From Planctomycetota bacterium (lineage in GTDB: Bacteria > Planctomycetota > Phycisphaerae > UBA1845), in assembly GCA_016208685.1 (NCBI GenBank), contig JACQXM010000024.1:170537-234536 (forward strand): a stretch of 64,000 bases of DNA, given 5' to 3'. Below the pieces are notes generated by a model. It saw only the letters and a list, made by a program, of their open reading frames with translations. It was not told the DNA's origin and searched no databases. Shown here in pieces: positions 8,718 to 19,035 of this stretch. The translations under genes were made by a program, and so were the position numbers. Within the stretch, counting starts at the first letter, position 1; every line of letters begins with the position of its first letter.

Positions 8718-10496
8718 TCAATTCGACGACATCCTGCCGCCGCGCTGTGCGGGCGACTTCAAGATCGGGGGCTTGTCCAGCTCTTCCGTGAGCCGGCGCA
8801 GCTCCAGGTCTTCGAAAAGGATGGCCGGCGTGATGACGCTCAGTGAGATCGGAGAAACGGTGTTGTGCGCTTTGGGTTCGTTGTCGGCGGCCAGGATCCG
8901 CTTCAGCGCCCGCGTTTGCACGGGGAGGAACTCCAGCCCGCGGACCAGCTCCTCACGGCCGTCGGAAACGAACACTTTGTAGGCGTGGATGGGGCTGCCC
9001 AGGCGATTGCCGTCCCCGCCCTCCATGGACTCGATGCGTAGCGCGAATTCCAGTCCCTCTTCGCGGGCGGCCTGGACAAGCTCCTGTTTGAGCTCCGCCG
9101 GGCTGACGGCATTCTGATCCGAGACATACAGGCACGCGATCGTGGCCCGAGGATCGCCGAAGTCGCCGCCGCGCCCGTGCCCGTTGCTACGCTTGATCTT
9201 CTTCGTCGGAGCGCGGGCGGACAGCAGATCCTTCAGGATGCCGTTTTCCACCAGGGACACGCGAGCCGCCGGCACGCCCTCGTCATCGAAGTTGTACGCG
9301 CCCGCCAGCGTGATCCCGGCGAAGGACCGTGGCCGGGGGTCGTCGTAGACCTGGAACGAGCGGGGTAGGATACGCAGTCCGAGCTTCTTTTCCAGAGTCT
9401 CCTCCGTCACGTTGGCCCCCGCGCCCAGTGGCGTGGGACGCGCGCACAATCCGTCGGCAAGCAGGGTCTCGAAGACCCGCCCGGCGGCAGAGGCATCGAA
9501 CAGCACGGGACCGGTGTATTGCTCCAGGATCGGAGCCTGTGCCAGGGCCACCAGTTTCCGTGCCAGCGCGTCTATCTCCGCCAACAACTTCTCGTCGCCG
9601 GGAATCTGCTCCGGACGTTCACCGAGAAAGGTGAGACTATCGTTGAGGATCATTCCGTCGTCGGCCTGGATGACGGCATACACTTGAAGATAGATGCCCG
9701 TATCGCCGGTTCGCAGTCGCGTGCCCTCGGAGTTCACGACGTACTGTGCCACGCTGCCGGCGAAGAGATTCACGTTCGATTCGCGGATGGCGGGGTGTTC
9801 CTTGAAGCGCGCCGAGAGGTGCTTGAGTCGCTCCGACCACGCCCGGGTATCGAACTCCAACCGCGGAAGCGGATCGACCTGCTGCACGGGTTCCGCAAGC
9901 GAGAAGTCATCCGGGCGATCCTCGATGGTTTTGTCGCGCAGGTAGGCCTGCTTCCGGGTGATTGCCTCAACGGCGCGCTTGTAGTCCTCATCGGTAAGCC
10001 GCCACAACGTATGGCGAATGGTGGTGTAGTCGTCGTCAAGAGGCAGGGCCCCGCGCGCCGGCCCCCCCCGCCCGATGTTGGTGTTGTCCAGCGACATCGA
10101 GCCCACGCGCACTCGGCTGCCGGCGCCGCGCGTTCGCTTATCGGCGATGGTGAGCAGCCCTCCATAGGACGCGGAGATCGAGTGCGTATTCCGCTCTTCC
10201 GCCGTGAACTGTATGAAGTAGGGACGGGCCAGGTCCTCGAGCCGCAGGTCGCTCATGGAACGATCCAGCTCATCAACCAGCGCCCGCATCAATACGTCAG
10301 CCTCAAGCGCCGCGGACGCCGTCCGGAGTTTCTCAGGCTGCGCGAGAGCCGGAAGACCGCCCGTCAGCCATGCCAGAATCACCGCCGCGCTAAACACCGC
10401 GAGGCGCGACGGGCGGCGCCTTCGGGCGCGTGCGGGCATGCTGCGCGGGCGCGCGTCTTGACCGCACCCATAGTCGTGGAACTTACTGCGGTTCAT
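8718..10496 (-). CDS. TldE/PmbA-like protein (peptidase U62 family, no HExxxH), secreted
   Basis: C-terminal half matches the TldD/PmbA fold (NGHGRGG...RIESMEGGDG...) but lacks the HExxxH motif. Proposed start MNRSKF at 10496, whose ATG overlaps the upstream gene stop as ATGA (10493-10496). An alternative in-frame start MPARARRRR... gives a more classical signal peptide. Confidence 0.7.
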   Translation of the reverse strand: MNRSKFHDYGCGQDARPRSMPARARRRRPSRLAVFSAAVILAWLTGGLPALAQPEKLRTASAALEADVLMRALVDELDRSMSDLRLEDLARPYFIQFTAEERNTHSISASYGGLLTIADKRTRGAGSRVRVGSMSLDNTNIGRGGPARGALPLDDDYTTIRHTLWRLTDEDYKRAVEAITRKQAYLRDKTIEDRPDDFSLAEPVQQVDPLPRLEFDTRAWSERLKHLSARFKEHPAIRESNVNLFAGSVAQYVVNSEGTRLRTGDTGIYLQVYAVIQADDGMILNDSLTFLGERPEQIPGDEKLLAEIDALARKLVALAQAPILEQYTGPVLFDASAAGRVFETLLADGLCARPTPLGAGANVTEETLEKKLGLRILPRSFQVYDDPRPRSFAGITLAGAYNFDDEGVPAARVSLVENGILKDLLSARAPTKKIKRSNGHGRGGDFGDPRATIACLYVSDQNAVSPAELKQELVQAAREEGLEFALRIESMEGGDGNRLGSPIHAYKVFVSDGREELVRGLEFLPVQTRALKRILAADNEPKAHNTVSPISLSVITPAILFEDLELRRLTEELDKPPILKSPAQRGGRMSSN

Positions 10497-12214
10497 GGAT
10501 TCTCCAATGCCAGCGGCGGCTCCAGAATGGGTGGGCGGCTCTGATCCCGCGTCCGCTTCTCGATCTCGATAGTTTGCACCAGGATACTGGGCGAAATGGC
10601 GGACACCGGAACCCAACCGGACTCCGCCCCGCAGGAGCCGTTGAACACCGCGGGATCGTCGCCGGTCGCCAGGATCTTCTCGAAACAAGTCAGCGGCGTG
10701 CCCACGATGTCGGCGCCGCGGATGAGCTCGTCGGGCCGGCCGTCGGCATAGACGCGATAAACGACGATAGGAAGGACCTTGAACGACTGCGGCCCGCGGC
10801 GGCTGGTGGTGGTGAAGCCGCCGGAGATGTCCTCGAACAACAAACCATAGGGCTTGTCCTGCTTTCGGCATTCCTCGAGCAGCAGTTCGCGCAGACGCGG
10901 AAAGGGCACCTGGTTCGTGGATTCGACGGTCAGATTGGCCTGTCGCGCCACCGGCGCGCTGCCCGCCTGGCGCCGACCGTGCCCGTTGGAGGCCGGGAAC
11001 CCTTCCACCGGGCGGCGCGACATGAGGAACGTCTTCAATACGCCCCGCTCCACGAGCGGCACGTTCGTGGCACGGACGCCCTCGTCGTCGAACAGGTAGT
11101 AGCCGCGCAGGTCGATATCTCCCAGGCGCGGCCGCGAGGGGTCGTCGTAGACGCTGAGAAACGTGGGGAGAATCTGCTGCCCGATCTTCTTGGTGAAGGT
11201 CTGCCCCTCGGTGACGTCCTTCTGGCGGTGGCCTTCGATGCGGTGGCCGAATATCTCGTGGAAGAACACCCCGCTGGCGCGGTTGCGCAGGATGGCGGGG
11301 CCGATGTACGGGTCCGCGAGCGGCGCGGCGCGCAGCGCCAGAACCTGGTCGATGACGGCGCGGAAGGCAGCTTCGATCTCCGCGTCGCTGGGCAGCTTCT
11401 GGGGCGTGGCGGCGTTGAAGTCGGAGAACTGGCTTAAGTCCATGCCGTCGTCGGCCTTGGTTGCCGCGGTGAGGGTGATGCGGTAGCGCGTCTCCGCGGT
11501 TTGCAGTCGCGCCCCTTCGCTGGTGACCATGTAGCGGTTACCGGCGAAAGTGCCGATGGTGACCGACGAGTTGTAGATGAGGGGGAAGTTCCGGGCGATC
11601 GCCGAAATGCGGCGCAAGCGCTTGCCCCAGGCGTCGGCATCGAAGTCCAGGGAAACGGGCGGGTCGTAGTGTGTATGGGCCACTTCACGCGAGAAATCGT
11701 CGCTCCGGTCTTCCTCCTCCACTTTGACCTTGAGGTTGGTCTGTATCTGCGTCAGGCGCTTGACCGCGTCCTTGAAAACCCGGTCGGTGTGATGCCAGAG
11801 GGCGTGCAGGATGGAGTCATGATCGTTCTCGAGGGCGACGCGGATGTTGCCGCTGCCGAACGCGAATGCCGGCCCGCCCCCGCGGAGCTGATGGGTGTTG
11901 TCCAACCCATACTCGCCCACGCGGAGGTCGATGTTCAGATTGCGCTCATCCTCCCGTTCGTCCTGCACCAGCGCCCCCAATGTGCAACTCACCACCGCTT
12001 TGTGCTCCTCATAAACGGTGTAGCCCAGGTAGTAGGGACGCGTTCCATCCTCCGCCACCAGATGCTCCATGGAGTAGCTCAGCTCCTCGGTGAGGAACTC
12101 CATCAACGGGTGCGGCGCGGCGCCTCCGTTGCCTTGCGGCGCCGGCTGAGCACACAGGGCCGCCGGAAAGCCGGCGAGGATAGCGGTGAACCAGAGAATC
12201 GAGTCCATCCTCAT
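10493..12214 (-). CDS. TldD-like metallopeptidase (HExxxH present), secreted
   Basis: Start MRMDSILWFTAILAGFPAALCAQ (signal) at 12214. HEIFGHRIEGH zinc motif. NGHGRRQAGSAP and a C-terminal TldD-like region. Stop TGA at 10493-10495 overlaps the next gene's ATG. Confidence 0.8.
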   Translation of the reverse strand: MRMDSILWFTAILAGFPAALCAQPAPQGNGGAAPHPLMEFLTEELSYSMEHLVAEDGTRPYYLGYTVYEEHKAVVSCTLGALVQDEREDERNLNIDLRVGEYGLDNTHQLRGGGPAFAFGSGNIRVALENDHDSILHALWHHTDRVFKDAVKRLTQIQTNLKVKVEEEDRSDDFSREVAHTHYDPPVSLDFDADAWGKRLRRISAIARNFPLIYNSSVTIGTFAGNRYMVTSEGARLQTAETRYRITLTAATKADDGMDLSQFSDFNAATPQKLPSDAEIEAAFRAVIDQVLALRAAPLADPYIGPAILRNRASGVFFHEIFGHRIEGHRQKDVTEGQTFTKKIGQQILPTFLSVYDDPSRPRLGDIDLRGYYLFDDEGVRATNVPLVERGVLKTFLMSRRPVEGFPASNGHGRRQAGSAPVARQANLTVESTNQVPFPRLRELLLEECRKQDKPYGLLFEDISGGFTTTSRRGPQSFKVLPIVVYRVYADGRPDELIRGADIVGTPLTCFEKILATGDDPAVFNGSCGAESGWVPVSAISPSILVQTIEIEKRTRDQSRPPILEPPLALENP

Positions 12215-12470
12215 GCTGTGGGGTCCTTTGTTCCGGCGCCTTGAACCTGGCGACGCCCTTACCTCCAGCGTCGCCCATGCTGCCGCGATGTTCCGTGGGC
12301 GGCGTCGTCGAACGCGGCGCATTATGCCCACAATGCGGTGCGGGTCCAGCGGAAGCGCGCAGCGGCGACAACGGTTGACGAAACCGAAGCGCGCCGTCGT
12401 GCTCCCGCTGCATACATCGGCAGGCGGTGAGTTCCGGGCGAGCGTCCAGCGACGCCCCGGTCCTGCGCCG

Positions 12471-14381
12471 TCACGGGCACGGCGGATAGCCGGGGTCAGG
12501 ACAGGCGCGCGTCATCACACGCTGAAAGACGGCGACATCCGCAAGGTCCACATCCCGGTCAACGTCCAGATCGACCGCCGGAACGCAAACGGCGGGAAGC
12601 CCTGCGGCGCCCGGCCCGCCCAGCCGTAGGCATCGCGCCAGGGCGCGGTAGTCGATCTGGTCGATGACACAGTTCTGATTGGCGTCGGCAACCGGACGTC
12701 CGTCGGCGAGGCGGGGAAACCCCACCGGTGCGTACTCGCAGACGTCGGCGCCGAGGGGGATGCCATCCTCGTCGGCATCATCGTCGCATTCGTCGGGTAG
12801 GCCGTCCGCGTCCACGTCGGCTTCGCACTCGTCAGGGATGCCGTTGCCCGTAAGATCGGGGCTCGTCCCGGCCAGGATATCGCAGCTATCGGCGCCACCG
12901 TTGTGGTTGCAGTCCGCTTCGCACTCGTCGGGAATCCCGTTGCCGCTGCAATCGGCGACCGCGCCGGCGACGATGTCCTGGTAGTCGTCGACGCCATTGC
13001 GGTTGCAGTCCGGGGTGAGGCGGACGAAGTAGATATCGTGTTCGCCGTTGAACGTCGCGGCGTAAGCCACAACCGCGCCGCGGTCGTCCGAGTGCATGTC
13101 GTAGTAGTCGCCAAGCTTGATGGGGCTGATGCGGCTGTTGAAGGGCGGACTTACGGCTTCGTTGGCGGACCAGGTCTCGCCGCCGTCATAGGAGAACGAG
13201 TAGACCAGCTCCGAGATTTCGCCGTCTGGATCATTACGGGTGTCATTCCAGATGGCATCGACCCGGCCGTTGGGTGCGACCGAAAGGGTCCCGAACCATT
13301 GCCAGGCACCGCTGCCCGGTGCGTCGTCGTTAATCCGCCGCGGAGGGCTCCAGGTTCGCCCGCCGTCGTGGCTGCGACAGAACATGACGTCCAGCGGATC
13401 CTCGGGATCCGGCGGGTCCACCGAGGCAAGCAGATAAGCGCGGCCGCGGCACGGGCCACCGGCGTGATCGACGGCGAGCCACACCTGCCCCAGCAGCCCG
13501 GGGCTCGGGATGCCGCCGTGGCGTACCGTTCCGCCGATGTCGACCTCGGTTTGCTGATTGAACCCAAACGGCAACGCCTGCGGGTCCCGCGCGTCCGACG
13601 AGCGGGACACGATGATCGACGTCGCGCCGAGGCCCTGGCCTCCAGCGCCATAGAGCCGCCCCTGAGTGTCAACAGCAATGGTCCAGGCGCCAGGAAACTC
13701 CGGTTCCTGAAAGTAGTAATAGCTGAACGAATCCCCGCCGTCCGTGGAGCGCGCGACGTAGGGTGAACGCGCGACAATGTAGAGGTTGCCGCGTCCGACG
13801 GTGGATGTCTGGTCAACGGCCATCCAGGGCTTGTCGCCGCTCAGCGCGTCGACCGGCGGCATCCAGGTTTCTCCGCCATCCGTGGACCGGAACAGACCGC
13901 CGAGAAAATTGTGCCGGATCGAGAAGTAGAAAAACCGGCCGTCGGCGTCAGCGCGAACGATGGGGTCGCTACGGGGCGTAAGCGGATCCAGCAAACCGCC
14001 GCCGGTCCAGGTTCCGCCGCCGTCGGTGCTGTAGGCCACGGGGGCTCCTCCCACACAGTACCGCTGCACCCAGCCGACCACGATGCGGTCGGCGTTTGTC
14101 GGATCCACGGCTAGCGAAGGTTCATCCGCTACGTCGCCTGGGATGTTGGCACCCGTGTGGTCGACATTAACCTGGATGCTGGTAAACCGCCCTCGCATCC
14201 ATCGCTTTGCGGGAGTTCGCGGCGCTGGTTCTGTCACAACGGTAGTCGGATCAGGGCGGGCCGGCGCGGCGTTTAACGCACCGCCGGCAGACGCGCCGCA
14301 GATGGCGGCCGGGATTACACATAGCACCAGGAGGACGGAATGACCGAACAGACGAGGAACTTGGGATCGAGGCTCGAGCAT
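12471..14381 (-). CDS. Secreted BNR/sialidase-like beta-propeller protein with thrombospondin-type-3-like Cys/Asp repeats and C-terminal dockerin-like segment
   Basis: Signal peptide. Multiple BNR-type SxDGGxTW motifs (STDGGGTW, STDGGETW, SHDGGRTW, SYDGGETW). C-terminal DCNRNGVDDYQD/DCSGNGIPDECEADCNHNG/DLTGNGIPDECEAD repeats. Final VDLDVDRDVDLADVAVFQRVM. Confidence 0.75.
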   Translation of the reverse strand: MLEPRSQVPRLFGHSVLLVLCVIPAAICGASAGGALNAAPARPDPTTVVTEPAPRTPAKRWMRGRFTSIQVNVDHTGANIPGDVADEPSLAVDPTNADRIVVGWVQRYCVGGAPVAYSTDGGGTWTGGGLLDPLTPRSDPIVRADADGRFFYFSIRHNFLGGLFRSTDGGETWMPPVDALSGDKPWMAVDQTSTVGRGNLYIVARSPYVARSTDGGDSFSYYYFQEPEFPGAWTIAVDTQGRLYGAGGQGLGATSIIVSRSSDARDPQALPFGFNQQTEVDIGGTVRHGGIPSPGLLGQVWLAVDHAGGPCRGRAYLLASVDPPDPEDPLDVMFCRSHDGGRTWSPPRRINDDAPGSGAWQWFGTLSVAPNGRVDAIWNDTRNDPDGEISELVYSFSYDGGETWSANEAVSPPFNSRISPIKLGDYYDMHSDDRGAVVAYAATFNGEHDIYFVRLTPDCNRNGVDDYQDIVAGAVADCSGNGIPDECEADCNHNGGADSCDILAGTSPDLTGNGIPDECEADVDADGLPDECDDDADEDGIPLGADVCEYAPVGFPRLADGRPVADANQNCVIDQIDYRALARCLRLGGPGAAGLPAVCVPAVDLDVDRDVDLADVAVFQRVMTRACPDPGYPPCP

Positions 14382-14749
14382 GGTGATACCCCCACAAAAG
14401 GCGACGAAACGTGGACATACCCCACCCGCAACGAACTGGACCGGACCCCCTCAGTCTTCAGCGTGCAGGTGTCCGGTCAAGGGGGTTTGAACGCCCCATC
14501 CTGCGGCTACGGACGGCTGCCACACTCTCCGCGCCCGAGTAGGCCGCGGCGCCAAGGCCGTCGTCGCCGGGAGGGCTGGGGAGCCGACGGAGCGGCCCGG
14601 CGGCAGAACGTTCGTTCGATTGGTTAACGGTCGTGGCCGCCGTGTGGACGGATTTCGAGGGGGACTCGGAGACGCCTTGGGTAATCGCGGATCGAGGCTG
14701 CAGATGCGCCGACAGAGGCCGGCGTGAAGGGCGGCCCGGCGCCGCGCAA

Positions 14750-15145
14750 TCAGAGAAACAGCGGCTGGTCGAAGCGCAATCCAACGCCGATGAGGTCGCT
14801 CGCCGCCTCGCGCGGGCGTTCGGTGCGGACAATGGTCGCATAGCAACCACCGGACATGAACCCCGCCAGGTCGGGTGCCTGGCTCTCGTCGGGAAGCACC
14901 ACCTCGAAGCGCTGCCCGACGGCAACTCCGGCGTTCGCCGGGAGACGCACGAACAACCCGCCTTCGCTGATGTCGGAGGTGGTGCAGAAGACGCCCTGCT
15001 CAAGCCCGCGGCCGATCAGTTTCGTCTCCACGCGCCGGCAGACGCGCATGGAGCCACGGCGTTCCTCAGCGACTGCCGCGCTCTTACCGGCAGCGCCCGA
15101 GAGTATCGAGGACGAGGCCGGCGCCGGGATTCGTGACGTCAACAT
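14750..15145 (-). CDS. PilZ-domain protein (c-di-GMP binding candidate)
   Basis: EERRGSMRVCRR (RxxxR) and TSDISEGGLFV (DxSxxG) motifs. Start chosen at MLTSR (15145); the longer ORF extends to 15313. Confidence 0.55.
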   Translation of the reverse strand: MLTSRIPAPASSSILSGAAGKSAAVAEERRGSMRVCRRVETKLIGRGLEQGVFCTTSDISEGGLFVRLPANAGVAVGQRFEVVLPDESQAPDLAGFMSGGCYATIVRTERPREAASDLIGVGLRFDQPLFL

Positions 15146-15367
15146 TTGGAACTCCCCAGAACGTTGGTTCTTCGCGGCCAGACCATGCTGCGTTCCGAGT
15201 TCGCCACGGCGAACACCGCTGCGCTGACCATCGTCCGAATCCGCAGCTCGGGCGATAGGATACGGGACGCTTTTTCGATACGCTGAGTATACCACGTCCA
15301 CGGAAAGCGTCAACCTTCTTACCTGCGGGAGTTTGGATGCGACCGGGAATGCACGCGATTGGTCGCG

Positions 15368-16657
15368 TCAGCCGGGAATCGAAAGCCGGACCTGCTCGCC
15401 GACGACCGTACCGACCGCCCTAACCGGAAGTTCCCAACTCTGAAATGGCGTGTTACGTGCCTGTGACAAAAAGCTCGCTGAGTCTACGGTCCACCGTTCG
15501 CGAGCGTCGAGAAGCGTGAGGTTGGCAAACGACCCGACATCCGTGTGAGGGCAAGCCAGGCTGAGTACGCGGGCGGGATTGACGGTAAACCAGCGAATGA
15601 GAGCGCTCCAATCCGCTGTTGCGGCCTCCGGGATCGCCTTTGCGGTCACTCCCACGGCCGTCTCAAGCCCGACGACTCCAGGAGGCGCAGTCAGGAACCC
15701 GCGCGCCTTCTCCGAGGCGGCATGCGGGGCGTGGTCCGTGGCGACGCAGTCGATCGTGCCATCCTGGAGCCCTTCACGACACGCTTGAACGTCGTTTGTT
15801 GTACGGAGCGGCGGGTGCATCTTCGAGTTGGGGTCGGCCGCGCCGCACGCCTCGTGGGTCAGGATGAGGTGGTGCGGCGTCACCTCAGCGGTTACGGGCA
15901 ACCCCTCGGCCTTGGCGGCGCGAACCAGCTCAACCGCGCGACGCGTGGAGATGTGCGCGACATGGTAGCGCCCGCCAGTGGCGCGGCAGAGGTCAAGGTC
16001 GCGCTCGATCATCGCTTCCTCGGAGCGCGGGTCGAGCCCGGGCAGTCCGAGTCGGCGCGAAACTTCGCCCAAGTGCATCACACCGCCCGCGGAAATCGTA
16101 TTGAACTCGCAATGCTGAATGAGCACGGCCCCCGTTCGCGACGCCGACTCAAACGCGGCGCGCATCACAACGTCATCTTCAACGCCGACGCCATCATCAC
16201 TGAACGCCACGGCCCCCGCCTCGCGCAGCGCGGGAAAATCGGTCAGTTGTTTCCCGGCGCGCCCTCGCGTAATGGCCGCGACCGGACCGACCGTACAGTG
16301 CCCTACCCGCGCGGCCTCTTCAATCACCCAGCGCACGACCTGGGGCTCGTCGATCGCCGGGTTAGTGTTCGGCATGCACGCCACGAAGGTGAACCCGCCG
16401 GCGGCGGCCGCGGCGGTGCCGCTGGCGATCGTTTCCTTGTGCGCGTGGCCCGGCTCGCGGAGGTGCACGTGGATGTCCATGAGTCCTGGGCAGACAATCA
16501 AGCCGGCGGCATCGATGACTTGCGCGGCCTGGGGTGCGGCGGCGGCGATCCGCCCTTCGACGACAGCCAGGTCGGCAGTTTCGTCGCGCCGTAGGCCGGG
16601 GTCGATGATCCGCCCGCCGCGGATCAGGATGGCTCGATGGCTGGTTACGTTCAGCAC
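15368..16657 (-). CDS. pyrC: Dihydroorotase
   Basis: 429 aa. PGLMDIHVHLREPG, HVAHIST, TDHAPH metal-binding motifs typical of class I dihydroorotase. Confidence 0.9.
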   Translation of the reverse strand: MLNVTSHRAILIRGGRIIDPGLRRDETADLAVVEGRIAAAAPQAAQVIDAAGLIVCPGLMDIHVHLREPGHAHKETIASGTAAAAAGGFTFVACMPNTNPAIDEPQVVRWVIEEAARVGHCTVGPVAAITRGRAGKQLTDFPALREAGAVAFSDDGVGVEDDVVMRAAFESASRTGAVLIQHCEFNTISAGGVMHLGEVSRRLGLPGLDPRSEEAMIERDLDLCRATGGRYHVAHISTRRAVELVRAAKAEGLPVTAEVTPHHLILTHEACGAADPNSKMHPPLRTTNDVQACREGLQDGTIDCVATDHAPHAASEKARGFLTAPPGVVGLETAVGVTAKAIPEAATADWSALIRWFTVNPARVLSLACPHTDVGSFANLTLLDARERWTVDSASFLSQARNTPFQSWELPVRAVGTVVGEQVRLSIPG

Positions 16658-16920
16658 AAGTCCTTCTTCCGCACCGCGTCCCCGTGGGTCGACGCGCCGC
16701 CCGGGCGGGTCGCCTCATCGGCCTGCCCGCGCCCCATGCCGCCGGAGCCCGCAGCCGGCATGGGGAGGTTGTCCTCGCAGCTCTCGACGTAGCCGCACGC
16801 CTCGCAAACCAGCTTGCAATGTCGGTTGCGCAACGGGGCCAGTTCGCAGCGCGGGCAGAGCATGGCGCGAAGCGAGGATCGGCGTGCGGCCGGTGGTTCG
16901 TTCATTCCGAGGTCGGTCAT
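16651..16920 (-). CDS. Small zinc-ribbon protein (CxxC...CxxC), overlaps pyrC start by 7 nt
   Basis: 89 aa ORF. CPRCELAPLRNRHCKLVCEACGYVESC. Reality uncertain: high-GC shadow ORFs are common in this window. Confidence 0.4.
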   Translation of the reverse strand: MTDLGMNEPPAARRSSLRAMLCPRCELAPLRNRHCKLVCEACGYVESCEDNLPMPAAGSGGMGRGQADEATRPGGASTHGDAVRKKDLC

Positions 16921-16976
16921 GGTTGCCTTCCGTTGGTCGCCCCGCGGCGCTCCGCTAGTATAGCAGGCGATCGACG

Positions 16977-18740
16977 ATGTGGATGGTGACCATCATGTGC
17001 TTCTCGTTTGCTTTGCTGGTTCTCGTGCTCGAGCCACTCAAGGCTCCGGTCGACGTGACGACCGCGCCCGTGCCCGCTGACCTCGCGGTCGTCAACGCCC
17101 GGATCTGGACAGGTGGGGAATCCGTCCCCGGGACGGGGGGGCAAGGTCAAGAACCGACCGCCGTGGCGGTCGCCGGCGAACGCATCGTTGCCGTCGCGGA
17201 CGACGAGACGATACGCCGGCACATCACTCCGAGCACGAGAGTGATTGACGCCCAGCGGCGGCGCGTGATTCCCGGCATCACGGACAGCCACACGCACATC
17301 GTCAGCGGTGGATTCCAGCTTGCACGGCTCCATTTGCGCGAGGTCAAAGGCCGCGAGGAGTTCGTGCGCGCCGTGGAAGGCGAGGCAAAGGGAAAGCAGC
17401 CCGGCGAGTGGGTCCTCGGCGGCCGATGGAGCGTGGAGAGCTGGGACAAGCCGGAGCCTCCGCGGAAAGAGTGGATTGACCCGGTAACGGGCAACACCCC
17501 GACGTTCCTCACGCGGATGGATGGGCACCAGGCCTTGGCCAACTCGGCGGCGCTGGGGCTCGCGAAGATCGACGCCGGCGGACCGCCGGACCCCCAAGGC
17601 GGCGAGATCGAACGCGACCCGAAGACGAGGGAGCCGACCGGAATCCTGAAGGACTCCGCCATGGACCTGGTCGCGAGGCTCATTCCGCCACCCGGCGAGG
17701 TTGAGCGCCGCGCGGCGCTGGAGCGTGCGATGCGGCATGCCAACGCCCTGGGCGTTACGTCAGTGCATGACATGAGCGCGCCGGCCGACCTGCCCGTGTT
17801 TCGCGCCGCGCGTGCTGCCGGCGTCCTGACGGTGCGTGTCACTTCGTATGTTCAGCGTGATGATTGGGTCGGGAACCTCGATGAAATTGCCCGGTCCAGT
17901 TCGGGCGGGGACGCGGCCGGGGATGCCGCCGGCGCAAGCCGAGGCGATTCGTGGTTCACCGTCGCCGGCCTTAAGGGCTACATGGACGGCTCTCTCGGTA
18001 GTCGGAACGCGTACATGCGCCAGAACTACGCCGATGCCACACCCGAGTCACCCTACCCCCGCGGGCAGCTCACGGCGTTCGCCGGCTCGGCGGATTCGTT
18101 CCAGGCGGCCATCGAACAGGCCGACGCCGCGAGCCTGCAAGTTGCCATCCACGCCATCGGCGATGAAGCGAACCACCTGGTTCTCGATGCCTACGAGTCC
18201 GTCGCGAAGCTGCGCTCCGGCTCCAAGCGGCGTCACCGTGTCGAGCATGTCCAGCATCTGTTGGTCGAGGACATACCGCGGTTCGCCAGGCTCGGCGTGG
18301 TTGCCTCGATGCAACCCTATCACAAGGCGGACGATGGGCGTTACGCGGAGAAGGCCATCGGCAAGGAGCGGCTGAAGGGTTCGTACGCGTTTCGTCAACT
18401 TCTCGATGCCGGCGCGCTCCTGGTTTTCGGCAGCGACTGGCCAGTCGTGACCATGGACCCCTTCGCCGGAATCGACTCCGCCGTAACCGGGCGAACGCTC
18501 GCCGGCGGTGTCTGGCTGCCCGAGCATTCGATCACCGTGGAGGAAGCGCTTCGCGCGTACACCGTGAGTCCGCCCAAGGCCGTCGGCCGCGAGAGTGAAC
18601 TGGGCACGCTGGGGGCGGGGAAGCTCGCCGATTTCGTCATCCTGAACCAGGACCCCTTCAATGTGCCCGAGGCCGGAATCGGGGAAATCCGGGCAGTTAC
18701 CACGGTTGTCGGCGGGCGGGTGGTCTACGAACGGCCATGA
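16977..18740 (+). CDS. Amidohydrolase family (Amidohydro_3-like) metal-dependent hydrolase, secreted/membrane-anchored
   Basis: N-terminal hydrophobic anchor. ITDSHTHIVSGG metal-binding motif, an HAIGD motif, then a C-terminal VFGSDWPV motif. Confidence 0.85.
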   Translation: MWMVTIMCFSFALLVLVLEPLKAPVDVTTAPVPADLAVVNARIWTGGESVPGTGGQGQEPTAVAVAGERIVAVADDETIRRHITPSTRVIDAQRRRVIPGITDSHTHIVSGGFQLARLHLREVKGREEFVRAVEGEAKGKQPGEWVLGGRWSVESWDKPEPPRKEWIDPVTGNTPTFLTRMDGHQALANSAALGLAKIDAGGPPDPQGGEIERDPKTREPTGILKDSAMDLVARLIPPPGEVERRAALERAMRHANALGVTSVHDMSAPADLPVFRAARAAGVLTVRVTSYVQRDDWVGNLDEIARSSSGGDAAGDAAGASRGDSWFTVAGLKGYMDGSLGSRNAYMRQNYADATPESPYPRGQLTAFAGSADSFQAAIEQADAASLQVAIHAIGDEANHLVLDAYESVAKLRSGSKRRHRVEHVQHLLVEDIPRFARLGVVASMQPYHKADDGRYAEKAIGKERLKGSYAFRQLLDAGALLVFGSDWPVVTMDPFAGIDSAVTGRTLAGGVWLPEHSITVEEALRAYTVSPPKAVGRESELGTLGAGKLADFVILNQDPFNVPEAGIGEIRAVTTVVGGRVVYERP

Positions 18741-19035
18741 TCGAAACACCGCCGGCGCCTACGTTCATGGGCACGTGACATAGAACCCGCGGCGTCCGGC
18801 GCCCGGGAGCGCCAGAGCGCTGATGTCGTGCCGTGCAGTTACTTAACCGTACGTGGATAACTCTTGCGGCGGGCTTTCGGCCTGCGTGGGGCCGCGCGGG
18901 CTGAGGCCCGCGGCTCGATACGATCAGACAGCCATGAGACTTGGATCAGCGCGATTCGGCGGCGCGCGAACCGAGCCACGACGGTAAGGGAGCGGGCAAG
19001 GAAGAGCGCGTCGGCGCGGGTTCGCGCACGATGAT

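Noticed and set aside
9519-11437. Plus-strand ORFs (9519..10544, 10430..11437) overlapping the TldD/TldE genes
   Set aside because: Antisense shadow ORFs. The minus-strand products carry the HExxxH and TldD-family motifs.
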